From positions 95,135 to 159,134 of the forward strand of contig JALMLS010000640.1 in the NCBI GenBank assembly GCA_038496445.1: DNA of 64,000 bases, written 5' to 3'. The stretch's first letter is position 1. Each line of letters starts with the position of its first letter. The DNA comes from Trichosphaerium sp. ATCC 40318 (lineage: Eukaryota; Protista; Tubulinea). Below are positions 12,629 through 25,295 of the stretch, piece by piece. Made by a program: the position numbers and the translations under genes. Below the pieces are notes generated by a model. The model saw nothing but the letters and a program-made list of their open reading frames with translations, made no database searches and was not told the DNA's origin.

Positions 12629-14571
12629 TTATATCAAATCCTGGACACTCATTGGCATTTCATCGATTTGCGTGGCGTAGAATTGTTCAATATCTCTCAA
12701 AATCCTGATGTCATCGCTTGTGACAAAGTTGATGGCAACACCCTTCTTACCGAAACGACCTGAACGACCAATTCTAAAGAAAAAAAAAAGTAAGCCAAAA
12801 ATAATATTTTTGTTAGTTGAATGCGCCTTGGCGCCATTTCTTTAAACGTACCTGTGAATGTAAAGTTCGCGGTTATTTGGAAGATCGTAGTTGATTACAA
12901 GAGACACTTGTGATACATCAAGACCACGCGCCCAAACGTCAGTAGTGATCAATACTCGGCTAAAATATAAAATTAACAAAAACGCTCAACAACATAACAA
13001 GCTCTGTAATAACGTACTATTCAGCTTGTCTGAAAGCTTTCATGATCTCGTCACGCTCAGCTTGTTCCATCTCACCATGCATTGCAACAACAGTGAAGTT
13101 GTTTCCACGCATTTTGTCAGCGAGCCAGGTTACCTAAGAGCGACTGTAAGTAAATAGAGAAAACCAAAACAAAGATTAAGAATTTTTGACACAATTGCAT
13201 CAAAAAAAACCTCCAAAATAATTATACGTCTATACATACCTTTTTTCTGGTGTTGCAGAAGATAACAGCTTGTGTAATGGTAAGGGTATCGTATAAATCG
13301 CACAAAGTGTCGAATTTCCACTGTTCTTTCTCCACAGCGACGAAAAATTGCTTAATGCCCTGAAGCGTAAGTTCATCACGCTTAACCAAGATACGAATAG
13401 GATCACGCATGAATTTGCCTGTAATTTCCAATACTTCACGAGGAAGTGTAGCAGAAACAAGAACAACTTGAGTTGTAGGTGGCAAGTATCTTAAAAACAA
13501 ATAAGCGTCCATTGCAACCAAAAAAACGACTAGTTTTCTATTTCTTTTAACAGGAATTTTGGGCATATTAACGCCCCTCATGACTCAAAATACTGTCAAG
13601 TAGGGGAGCTGGATATCCCGTTGCAAAAATAATTTATAAATTCGTTGCAAAAGAAGTCTAATAGCTGAATAATAAGGTTACCTGTAAATATCATAGATCT
13701 GCTCTTTAAAACCTCTACTCAACATTTCATCAGCCTCATCGAGAACCAATACTTTAATGTTACGAGTTTGAAGATGTTTACGACGAATCATATCTTATAA
13801 AAGTCAGTACTGACGCATGGTACATGTCACAAATTTACAAAAAAAAAGAGAAAAAAATAGCATGACTAATCATGTCAAAGTACTCACCATAAACACGTCC
13901 AGGAGTTCCAGAAACGACTTGTACGCCATAATCAAGTTTACGTATATCTTCACCCATGCTCTGGCCACCAATACAGCAATGTATATCAATGCTCATGTAA
14001 TTGCCGAGAATGTACATTACTTTTTGAATTTGTTGAGCCAATTCTCTTGTAGGGGATAGAACAAGCGCTTGTGTTTGGCGGACAGAAGAATCAACCTTGT
14101 TTAGGATGCCCATAGAGAAAAATGCCGTTTTACCGGTACCAGATTGTGACTGGGCAATAAGATCTCTGCCTTGGTTCATAGGAACGATAGCACGTTGCTG
14201 AATAGCTGAAGGCTTTTCAAAACCTGATTAAAAGAGTTAGGCTTACGCTAATTGGGTTTGCGCGAACCATAGTGGAAGATTCCGCGTAGGAGATCGTCAT
14301 TTAGGTTCATGCTATCAAAGGACGGATAGATTTTTACGCTTTTGCTCGTTGTAAAATCAGTATCATCTGGATTATCAACTAAAGCGTTTTAGACGGTGGC
14401 CAAAAAGATCCAGTAGATCTCACAAAAACGACGACTTTTTGAGTATTACGCTTTAGAAGCTTGCGTATAATTTAATGTCGCGTTTTAAAATTAATTAGGT
14501 TTGGTTTTTAGCTCCAGATTTAATCTTGCTTAGTTTAAACTACTGCACATACCACCACCTCTTCTTGCCAT
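12629..14571 (-). CDS. EIF4A3: DEAD-box helicase eIF4A-III (exon junction complex core / Fal1)
   Basis: [99 protein letters not shown] (eIF4A3-type segment), [26 protein letters not shown]. Confidence 0.95.
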
Positions 14572-14752
14572 AGCTAATCTCTGTGTGTTAATGAAACGGC
14601 AACGCAAACGCTATGAAATTAAGGGTGAAAAAAACTCGCACAGCAAAAAAGTCGGACTTGTCTTGAATTATTTTTCTTTGTAGTTGATTTTATGGTACAT
14701 TGAACATTGTCATGTGATGTTTGAACATCCTGTCACGTAGTGCAACAAAAAG

Positions 14753-15327
14753 TCATGCCATGCTCGGAAAGACATGAAAAAAATGATACACCTCGTCTTC
14801 ATCGCGGACGCCAACTTCAGCATCACATTGCTCACAGTGAACAGGATTATAAGACTCCTCAATGCCTGTTTCTTCATCAGTGTATTTCATCACCTGGTCT
14901 TCTTTGACAGCGCAGTCTTCAGTTACAAATACTGCTCTATACTGTGTCTTGTAGCTGGCGTGTCTAGTAATTATTAGATTTGACACGCAAAATGTCTTGC
15001 AATGCAACAAAATTATGCGTACCGTTGTGATATGTAGCATACAGTGGCGAAGCAGCAAGGGCAGTTCAAAACAGCGTCTGTTGGATACTTTTTACCGTTT
15101 ACTATTTGTTCCAGTTAGTACGAGTAGTATTAGGCGCTGGTAACGTACCTGTAAAGAGCTTTTTCGAAACCCACTTTGCATCACGCTCGTCCCTTGATTT
15201 ATCGTAAGACTTATCGTCCTTTGTTACACCAGTCTCTTCGTGGAACCTGAAGCCGTTTAATTGATATTGTATGATTTACAATAATTAATCTATCAAAAAC
15301 GTACCAGCGGTCGTCGTCATCATCCAT
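14753..15327 (-). CDS. EAPP: E2F-associated phosphoprotein-like (EAPP C-terminal Cys domain)
   Basis: YDKSRDERDAKWV...TDAVLNCPCCFATVCYISQR|HASYKTQYRAVFV...YNPVHCEQCDAEVGVRDEDEVYHFFHV. Confidence 0.8.
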
Positions 15328-15504
15328 AGTTGCTTTTCACGCGTAATAAGCTGCTAAAATTGATTGTCAATAAGTTATTATTTGAGATAGCAAAGCGAAA
15401 GGAGTGTACTGAATAATATCACGGCAGCAATTGCGCAATTGTTGAGATGACGTTTGAGTCTAATGTAGCAGCTACTTAAGCCACACTGTGCCAAACAATT
15501 TTGA

Positions 15505-16820
15505 ATGAAGCACTTCGCAAATAAGCACGTTTGGATTACTGGCGCTAGCAGTGGTAGGTTTGATGCGTCTGACATTTGATGTTTACAATAAGGTATTGGG
15601 AAGGCGTTGGCCATTCACCTCGCGCGTGAGGGCGCTATATTATCTCTTTCAGCGCGCTCACAGGACAAACTAGAATCTCTTCACCAGGATATACTTTTAG
15701 GCTCAGGTACGCCAATTACTAAGTAAAGGAGCGCGTACGTGAGTTATAACGGAAATGTAGACAAAACAAAATGTTATCCGTTAGATGTGCGAAACGCAAC
15801 ACGAGTACAACAAGTATATAATACCATCACCAGCGAGCAAGGTTATGATGTTTTATACGCAAACGTGAATTAAAACTGACATGTTTATCAAGGACCCATT
15901 GACATTGTTATTGCAAACGCAGGTACCACAAAAAATACAGTGTTTGACACTCACCTTTTGTTTTTTTTCTGACATTTCGTTTTTTCTACAAATTTTCAGT
16001 TGCTTACACCTTTTTGGCATAAACCAAGGCGTAAATAAACCCACAGGTATCTTAACATAAGCAAGATAAGAATGGCTTTCACTTACGCGTGTTTCTTTAA
16101 AGAAAGCGTAAGTATAAATGAAATGGTAACGATAGTTGAGACTAATATCATTGGTACATTAAAACAATCCGAAACAACTTCAAGAAAGATCTCATTTGTG
16201 GTTTTTAGGTTCTTTGTCTGTAATTATGTGTGCTTTACCCGATATGAAGTCGAGAAATAGTGGACAAATAGTAGGAATCAGTAGCATGGCAGCGTACAGG
16301 TTGGATTGTTTGTTTCTTTTTTTCTTAAATTGAAAGTAGAGCTTTACCCAAATCTGGCATTTATGGAGCAACAAAATCTGCTTTGTCTTATTTTTTAACG
16401 ACTCTCGATATGGAACTACGGAATACTAAAATTATAGTAACTGTACGTCTTATCTAGTCTCTAATTGTTGGTTATGATTGTTGTTAATTTTGTAAAGGAT
16501 ATTTGTCCTGGGTTTATTGATACACCGGCAGTTAAGGTTGGAGAGCATCCGACTCCTTTCTTAATGTCTTCTGATAAAGCAGCAGATTATATACTATATG
16601 CTATTCGTACCAAACAAGGTAGCGCAATATTTCTGTAATGAGCGCAAATGTCAGAAGAAAATATGAGATTGAAACAATCAAAGCTTGTTAGTTTGAGCGC
16701 ACTCTGACTTATTTATTAGTACATTATGGGTTCCCTTGGATTATGGAGAATGTTATTATAACTTTACAGCAGATGTTACCGCGGTTTATTTATTCTTGGA
16801 TCATGCCTTTGTTGGCATAA
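15505..16820 (+). CDS. Classical short-chain dehydrogenase/reductase (multi-exon)
   Basis: ITGASSGIG (TGxxxGxG), ANAG, ISSMA, catalytic YGATK and ICPGFIDT are recovered after splicing small introns. Confidence 0.88.
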
Positions 16821-17444
16821 ACAACAGTCGATTTTTTGGTATTTTTTTTTCTTTGTTTTAAAAGGGTATGGTTGACCTCGAATGGCGGGTAGTGCAACAC
16901 CATGTAGATCATTGCAACGAGGAGGTGTTTAAAACAGGCAAGCCTGCAACGTGTTCCAAGTCGCCCAAAATAAAAAATTAGCATAAACGGTTTCGTGCTT
17001 CCCGTAGGAATAACACCAACAGCGTTTAAACTGTCGAGAACAGATACTACACTTGATCAAAGCCAAAAGGCCGAGAAGAGGTTGATTAAAACAATGAGAA
17101 ACAGAGTTGTACATTTGAAAATCAAAATCGTTTTTTGTGGGATTCAAAGATAAGACACGGATTGCGCAAACTCATAATACCATGTCAATATGTCTATTGT
17201 ATAAACATACACTAAGCCTTATCCAGACAGAAATGCTTTGATTATCACAAGACTTTCTCAATGAAATCGCTTTGAAAAACCGCTTAATCGATTTCCAACG
17301 TCCTTCACACGATCAAATGGCAATGGCTCAATGCACCAGAACCCGTTATATAGAAACAAAAGATTGAATACAATGATTTGCACATTTATTTACAAGTTTT
17401 ACAAGTTTGATCCATCGATTCCGAGAAAAGATGAATTTGTTGTT

Positions 17445-17711
17445 TTAACAGTTTGAAGCGTTTCCCCAAGTGTTTACAAAGTACTGCGCTTCTTCAAAGG
17501 TGTTCATACGCGAGAGGGCCGGTTTGCGTGAATTGGTGTTGTTATTTCTGCTTCTGTTGTAACGACGTGCCATTCTGCTGTTGTTGGCGGTCATTCTAGA
17601 GGTGTTGGCGCAGTTGCGTTGGCTTCTTCGCGTTTTGCTTTGGCCCATTTGCAAAAACATTTCAGCGTTTTCGAGTAACATTCTCTCTTCTCTTTGGCCT
17701 GGTCTGTTCAT
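17445..17711 (-). CDS. Small basic Arg/Asn-rich orphan protein (intronless, 88 aa)
   Basis: Clean ORF with an AC-rich leader (ACAACAACCATCAACCACAACTAAAAAATG) and a downstream AATAAA. Confidence 0.55.
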   Translation of the reverse strand: MNRPGQREERMLLENAEMFLQMGQSKTRRSQRNCANTSRMTANNSRMARRYNRSRNNNTNSRKPALSRMNTFEEAQYFVNTWGNASNC

Positions 17712-18062
17712 TTTTTAGTTGTGGTTGATGGTTGTTGTGTGCTGATTTATGTTGTTTAGTTGTCTTGTCAGTGCTGAACTTAACTGGTATTCTCATAATC
17801 ATTTCATAAAGTTACTATTTTTTTTTCGTAGAAATGGTTCGTACACAATGCAAAATATGACGCTGCCGAGCAGCTTAAAAAGTTTCTTACAGGTTAATGA
17901 ACGTGAGTACCACTAACAAGGGTGAAAAACGTGTAGGTCATGACTAATTTTTTCGAATCCAAAAGAACTCAAGTTCAAACAAATTCAAGAAATGGTTTAC
18001 ATTGCTCGTATATATGACGTTATTTCATGCAACGTCTAGTCGTTAATACGACACTAGCGTGT

Positions 18063-19713
18063 TTATTTAAAAGTGGCACAACAAGACTTACACGGGAATG
18101 AACCACCTTGAAAATAAGTCCTAGGAAACAATGAGTGTTTCAAGAAAAAATTATTATTGTACGTTTTCTCATCTCCTTCATAGAACTTTTGGAAGGCTAT
18201 GGCTTGAGTATCTCCATTGATCTTAATATCTCCCCTATTATTTAGTATCCTTAGACATGAACTTTACAGTAAATAGTAGAGTACCATTCTCCACAATGAT
18301 GATGACATGAGTCCAAGAAAATACCATGAATTGGATTGACAAGTAAGTTCTGTTTGACCAAGTATGTCAATGATGCTCCGTAATCGTTTATCAATGTATC
18401 ATTTGTAGATCCCAAGTCGTTTGCTGTTTGCCATGAATCATATTCAGATTGTAGAGGAAAGATTGGTGTGGTTATGAACGGAGCAGTATACTACACTTGT
18501 TTGATTTCTTTGGAAACATGTCATTGTTTTACAACGTACTTGTGCGAATATACAACGCCATGCCTGACCACTTGGTTCATACGCTTTGATACATGCTTGG
18601 TTAACACCTTATTTTGGTTGGTGAGAAAACATGTTATAGATACGAGTAAGAGCAATCGTACCTGATGTTGAGTTCATTGAGTTGAATACCCATTGCATTC
18701 CAGAGTGATATTTTGGAGGACCTTCAAAGTCCAAAAAGAATCCACTGTCAGGCAAACCTGAAGTAATTAAGAAAGCAACATTAGAACATACCTCTGACTT
18801 TTGCCATTTTAGGAAGGTTTTCTGCCCACCAATCAACATGAAAGTATGTTGCAAGTCCACCAGCAGAACAACCTGAAATAACAACATCTGTTGATTTGTC
18901 CAAGCCTTTTGTTGTCATCAAAGAATCATGCATTGCTTTTAGCACTCGGTTTCCACGATAGTATAGTTTGTGGCCTTCGTAGACATCAGGATCTTCCCTA
19001 TTTCCTAAACAAGACTAAGGTTCAAGAAACAAACGAATTACGAGACGTTTTGCTGTCATGGTACTTTAACTTTCGAACCTGAAAATGAACCACCGTCACA
19101 ATATCGTAGGTATACTTTGTTCCAATTATACATCATTGGGTTGGTTGTCTCATTGTTTGAAAAGTATCCAAAGTTCAAGTCCAAAGTAGGTGTAAAACTC
19201 TTAGAGGAACCAAGGCGACCTATTTGTATGTTTTTCATTTCTATTACTATCTAATCGTACCTAATGATCTATTGTAACAGTCTGCTGAGCTCTGACACCT
19301 ATCAAACTAAGCTTGTCATTCATTGTACACAGCGTACCAACCACCACTCTCATGATGAATGCACCTTTTCAAAACACGTGAGTCAAAAAAATAAATGATG
19401 TTCATTCTGTATTGTGCTTTGAAAGGACTGTTAACGCACCACTTGTTAGCTCCACTTCCGGAGCCTGGACGGAAGTAATACGCGCCAGGAGTGCCATCAA
19501 TACAGGTGGCTCCTTCTGTTTTAGCAGCCTCAGTTAGAAACGTCACATTGAACAGATCAGACGCCGCATCAGTGGATGTGGTAAGCCTATCTTTAAATAG
19601 TGAACAGCACTTTTTATTAAATAAACAAACCTAAAAAGTGCCTCATGGCTTTGTATAGCGCTTAATACAATAGTGTGTAGGAGAAAACAATAAACCAAGA
19701 CAAGTGGAGTCAT
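18063..19713 (-). CDS. Secreted pectin acetylesterase / Notum-like alpha/beta-hydrolase, copy A
   Basis: Signal peptide, [29 protein letters not shown], nucleophile [23 protein letters not shown]. Confidence 0.9.
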
Positions 19714-20373
19714 TTGTTTAAGTGTTCAGCGATGTTTTCAACAAAACGAGTTAAGGTTTCTACTTAAAGCTGTGAGTAAAAAGGAGTTTGTTGAAGAAGT
19801 AAGGTTGATTCATAGTTAACATAATGTATCTTGACCTCAGAAAAAGCAGTCCTTGTTCTCATATCCTTTGTAGGGCTCTTGGGACTACGACTGGAGTGCC
19901 TCCTATTGTTGCATGTTGATTAGACGTGATGAATATTCACATCTTAACAAACACGTGGCGAAAGACAGTATGCAAAATTTAATTAACAAGAAGTGCTCCA
20001 GGGTAACTCTTGATTCATCGCAGGACCCTAGGAGCGGTATATAAATACGCGCTACTTCTGAATAGATGCATTTCAACACAAATACCTGTCATCAACGTGG
20101 TACAACACTATTTCTTGGAACTACACAATAGGTGAATTGTACATAGTGAGGAATAGTGACTCACTACAGTGAAGCACTGTTGAGAAAACACATTTTATGC
20201 GACAACTTATTTGCAAGGAAAAACAAGCAACAGACACAGCTCCTAAACTAAAACAATGTACTTCACCTCTTTTCTCTAGTGTATTCACACTTTTCTATAC
20301 ATAACGCTAATTAGTTGTAATAGCTCTGGAAGCAACGTTTTGGCACGTGGGAAAAACGAGGAAAATCCCCAAA

Positions 20374-21461
20374 ATGATACCAAAGAAAAACTTGATTGTT
20401 GCACAATCACGTGACATTGTCACTCTGCTTGATCTTCCTAAAGAAATACAAAAGTATATATGTTCGTCAAATGTTGAAGCGTTCACAAAGTTCCACACAC
20501 TATCAAAAAGGGCTGCTATTAACACTCATTTTAACGATAGTTTACAGCGTAGTGGGATATGGATGAAGTGGTATAGTAGCGGACAACTGAAGGAACAAAG
20601 CTATTGGATTGATGATAAACAAAATGGAGAAGCTAAAGAGTGGTACAAGAACGTCCTACTTCTGTACAAAACATATGGCAATGGTAAAACTGACAAGCTC
20701 ATAGCATGGCATGAAGATGTGCAACTTAAAGCACAATCTATATGGGTTGATGGTAAAAAAAATGGTGTAGCTAGAGAGTGGTATCGAAGCGGGCAACTTC
20801 GTATGCAGTTTATGTTTGTTGATGGTAAAAAATGTGGAGAGTCTAAAGAGTGGCATGATAATGGACAACTCAAGTCACAATGTATGTTAGTTGATGATAA
20901 GAAGAATGGCGAATGTATAGAGTGGCATGCAAACGGAAAACTTCGAAGTCAATGCGTGTGGGTCAATGATGAACGACAAGGCGAATTTAATGAGTGGTAC
21001 ACAAATGGACAACGTTCAAGAAAAAGTACATGGATAGATGGTAAACAACATGGCGACGAAAGAGAGTGGTTCAAAAATGGACAACTTCGAAGTCATTGCA
21101 TGTACAATGATGGCAACCGAATTGGAGAGGATAAAGAATGGTATGAAAATGGGCAACTGAAGATACAATGTATGTGGGCTGATTGTAAACGAAATGGTGA
21201 GGACAAAGAATGGTACGAAAATGGACAACTGAAGATACAATGTATGGGGTTGACAGTAAACGGATTGGTGAGGATAAAGAATGGTATGACAATGGGCAAC
21301 TGAAGATACAATGCATGTGGGTTGACGGCAAAATGCATGGTGAATACAAGGAGTGGTATCGATTTGGGCAACTTAAAGTGCAATCAATGTGGGTTGATGA
21401 TAAACAAAATGGTGAAGCTAAAGAGTGGTATCCAAATGGACAACTTAAAACACAAGGGTAA
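20374..21461 (+). CDS. Intronless F-box-like + MORN-variant (YwqK-like) repeat protein; one apparent 1-nt frameshift near 21247
   Basis: LLDLPKEIQKYI (F-box-like) is followed by about 12-13 24-aa repeats GExKEWYxNGQLKxQCMWVDGKxx. The frame switches where consensus ATG TGG GTT GAC reads ATG GGG TTG AC. Confidence 0.8.
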
Positions 21462-21521
21462 ACAACATAAATTACAGCTGTCAGAAAAGTGAGCAGATTG
21501 ACGTGGGTTAGCTTTATTGCC

Positions 21522-23206
21522 TTAAAGAGAACAACAATCTTTACAAGGATATATGGCACCTTGGATGTAAGGCCTAGAACAGAAAATAAATAGACAATTG
21601 CAACTAAAGAAGAATATCGTTGTACGTTTTCTCATCTCCTTCATAGAACTTTTGGAAGGCTATGGCTTGAGTATCTCCATTGATCTTAATATCTCCCCTA
21701 TTATTTAGTATCCTTAGACATGAACTTTACAGTGAATAGTAGAGTACCATTCTCCACAATGATGATGACATGAATCCAAGAAAATACCATGAATTGGATT
21801 GACAAGCAAATTCTGTTTGACCAGTTGTGTCAATAATGCACCATACTCGTTTATCAGAGTGACGTTGCTAGATACCAAGTCGTTTGTAATTTGCCATTTA
21901 TCGTACTCAGATTGCAATGGAAAGAGAGGTGTGGTTATGAATGGAGCAGTATACTATAGTGTAAGTTGTTAACCTTGTTTTAGTCTTTGTGGAACTTTGT
22001 TGTTTCAGAACATACTTGTGCGAATATACAATGCCATGCCTGACCACTTGGTTCATAAGATTTGATACATGCTTGGTTAACACCTTATTTGGTTGGTGAG
22101 ACAACATATTGTAAAAACGTGAGCAATTGTACCTGATGTTGAGTTCATTGAGTTGAATATCCATTTCATTCCAGAGGAATAATTTGAATGTTCATAATCA
22201 AGGAAGAATCCACTGTCAGGCAAACCTAAAGTAATTAAGAAAAGTTAAATTACGTGTTTTCGTAGAGGACAAAGTACGAAGGAACATGAGAACTAAGTTC
22301 ATACCTCTGACTTTTGCCATTTTAGGAAGGTTTTCTGCCCACCAATCAACATGAAGGTATGTTGCAAGTCCGCCAGCAGAACAACCTGAAATAACAACAT
22401 CTGTTGATTTGTCCAAGCCTTTTGTTGTCATCAAAGAATCATGCATTGCTTTCAGCACTCTCTTTCCACGGTAGTATACGTTATGACCTTCGTAGACATC
22501 AGGATCTTCTCTATTCCCTAAAAGAAAGTTACAAAAAAATAGTATAACAAACAATAGCCTGGTGACGAACCTGAAAATGAACCACCGTCACAGTATCGTA
22601 GGTACGCCATGTTCCAATTATACATCATTGGGTTGACTGTATCATCGTTTGAGAAGTATCCGGTATTCATTATCAAAGAAGGTTTATAATGCTTGGAGGA
22701 ACCAAGCTTGCCTTTATATTTGTATTAGTTATTGACAAGTGGGAAAATTGTAACTGTGGGTTGCTCTTCCATAACACCTTGATGAGCTGTTACACCTTAA
22801 AAAAGATGAGAAGACAAAGCTACTTCTTGTACATACCAACCGCCGCCTTGATGATGAATGTACCTTTTCAAAACACGTGAGTCAAAAAGTTGAAAAAGTC
22901 GGAGAACTTTTCGGTGTTTAGCGGCGTACCATTTGTTAGCTCCGCTTCCGTAGCCTGGGCGGAAGTAATACGCGCCGGGGGTACCATCAAGACAGACGGC
23001 GCCTTCTGTTTTAGCAGCTTCAGTTAGAAACGTCACGTTGAACAGATCAGACGCCGCATCAGTAGGTAAAGGAAGCCTGTGTTGTTAGATAGTGAGTTGA
23101 CGCTTTACAATCTTAATACAAACCTAAAATGTGCCTCATGGTTTTGAATAGCGCCTAGCGTGACACTAGATAGCAAAAAACAACAAACAAAGAAATATGG
23201 CGTCAT
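21522..23206 (-). CDS. Secreted pectin acetylesterase / Notum-like, copy B
   Basis: Same exon structure and motifs ([32 protein letters not shown]). Confidence 0.9.
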
Positions 23207-23348
23207 TTGTATTGACTTGCCTCACGTGACGTTTACACAAAAAATGGTTAAGGTGCAATGTTTTACGCTGCAAAAGTTTAAGTTCGTTAGAACGCAAACA
23301 CATGATGCACATTCTGAGTAGAGGTTGACGACGGTTTGCTTTATTGTC

Positions 23349-25092
23349 TTAAGGAGAACAACAATCTTTACAAGGATATATGGCACCTTGGATGTAAGGC
23401 CTAGAACAGAAAATAAATAGACAATTTCAAACGAAAGAAGAATATCGTTGTACGTTTTCTCATCTCCTTCATAGAACTTTTGGAAGGCTATGGCTTGCGT
23501 GTCTCCATTGATCTTAATATCTCCCCTATTATTCAGTATCCTTAGACATGAAATTACAGTTAATAGTAGAGTACCATTCTCCACAATGATGATGACATGA
23601 GTCCAAGAAAATACCATGAATTGGATTGACAAGTAAGTTCTGTTTGACCAAGTATGTCAATGATGCTCCGTAATCGTTTATCAATGTGTCGTTTGTAGAT
23701 CCCAAGTCGTTTGCTGTTTGCCATGAGTCATATTCAGATTGTAGAGGAAATATTGGTGTGGTTATGAACGGAGCAGTATACTAAACTTGTTTGAGTTCTT
23801 TGGAAACATGTCATTGTTTTACAACATACTTGTGCGAATATACAGCGCCACGCTTGACCACTTGGTTCATAAGCTTTGATACATGCTTGGTTCACACCTG
23901 ACATGTATCGGTAAGAAAACACAGGTAGCAAATAGACAATTAAAAGAAATAGGATAAAGATAGTTTACGTGTAAATGCAATTGTACCTGATGTTGAATTC
24001 ATTGAGTTGAATACCCATTGCATTCCAGAATGATATTTTGGAGGACCTTCAAAGTCCAAGAAGAATCCACTGTCAGGCAAACCTTAAAGTAATAAGAAAA
24101 GGAAATTACGTGTTTTTGTAGCGGACTAAGTGCGAAGGAACATGAGAACTAAGTTCATACCTCTGACTTTTGCCATTTTAGGAAGGTTTTCTGCCCACCA
24201 ATCAACATGAAAGTATGTTGCAAGTCCACCAGCAGAACAACCTGAAATAACAACATCTGTTGATTTGTCCAAGCCTTTCGTTGTCATCAAAGATTCATGC
24301 ATTGCTTTCAGTACACGTATTCCACGATAGTATAGTTTGTGGCCTTCGTAGACATCAGGATCTTCTCTGTTTCCTAAAATAGGAATGTCAAAAAGTGTTA
24401 ATGAATGACAGCTAAGAAGCGAACCTGAAAACGAACCACCGTCACAGTATCGAAGGTACACCATGTTCCAATTATACATCATTGGGTTAACTGTATCCTC
24501 GTTTGAGAAGTACCCACCGTTCAATGCCATAGTAGGTGTATAGCTCTTGGAGGAACCGAGGCGACCTTATACTTCAATTTATTCCAATTGAACTAAAAAA
24601 AATCGTACCTAATGATCTACCATAACAGTTGTCTGAGCTCTCGCACCTATATAGATAAGCAAAATTTACTACTTAAAATAGACGTACCAACCACCGCCTT
24701 CATGGTGAATGTACCTTTTCAAAACACGTGAGTCAAAAGTTGAAAAACCTAAAAACTTTTCGAAGTAAAAACAGTCCATCTTGAAATTATCTCTGGGAAA
24801 CGACTGTCTTACCATTTGTTGGCTCCACTTCCGGAGCCTGGACGGAAGTAATACGCGCCAGGAGTACCATCAATACAGATGGCTCCTTCTGTTTTAGCAG
24901 CCTCAGTTAGAAACGTCACATTGAACAGATCAGACGCCGCGTCGGTGGGTAAAGGAAGCCTGTAATATCGTTAGATAGTGAGTTGGCGCTTTACAATCTT
25001 AATACAAACCTAAAAAGTGCCTCATGGTTTTGAATAGCGCCTAATGCGACACTAGATAACAAAAAACAACAAATTATGAAATGTGGTGTCAT
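23349..25092 (-). CDS. Secreted pectin acetylesterase / Notum-like, copy C
   Basis: Same exon structure and motifs ([22 protein letters not shown]). Confidence 0.9.
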
Positions 25093-25295
25093 TTGCGTTG
25101 AGTTTGAAGATTATGTAACTGTTTTTTTGCGCAAATGTGAGTTACACGTGGTACAGCTGTCACGTTTTTACTTTGAGCTTAATTTCGAACGTTTAAGCCT
25201 CATTGTTAAGCTGTTAGCTTTATTTACGCGCGTACAGCGTTTAAACGGCCGAAGTCGCTGTAGATGGTATTTTGGTGGCTTGAGTATATGCCACG

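Noticed and set aside
19990-20060. Hairpin GCTCC-AGGGT...ACCCT-AGGAGC next to TATATAAA upstream of the MORN gene
   Set aside because: A single short stem with no family motif. It cannot be distinguished from chance or promoter sequence.
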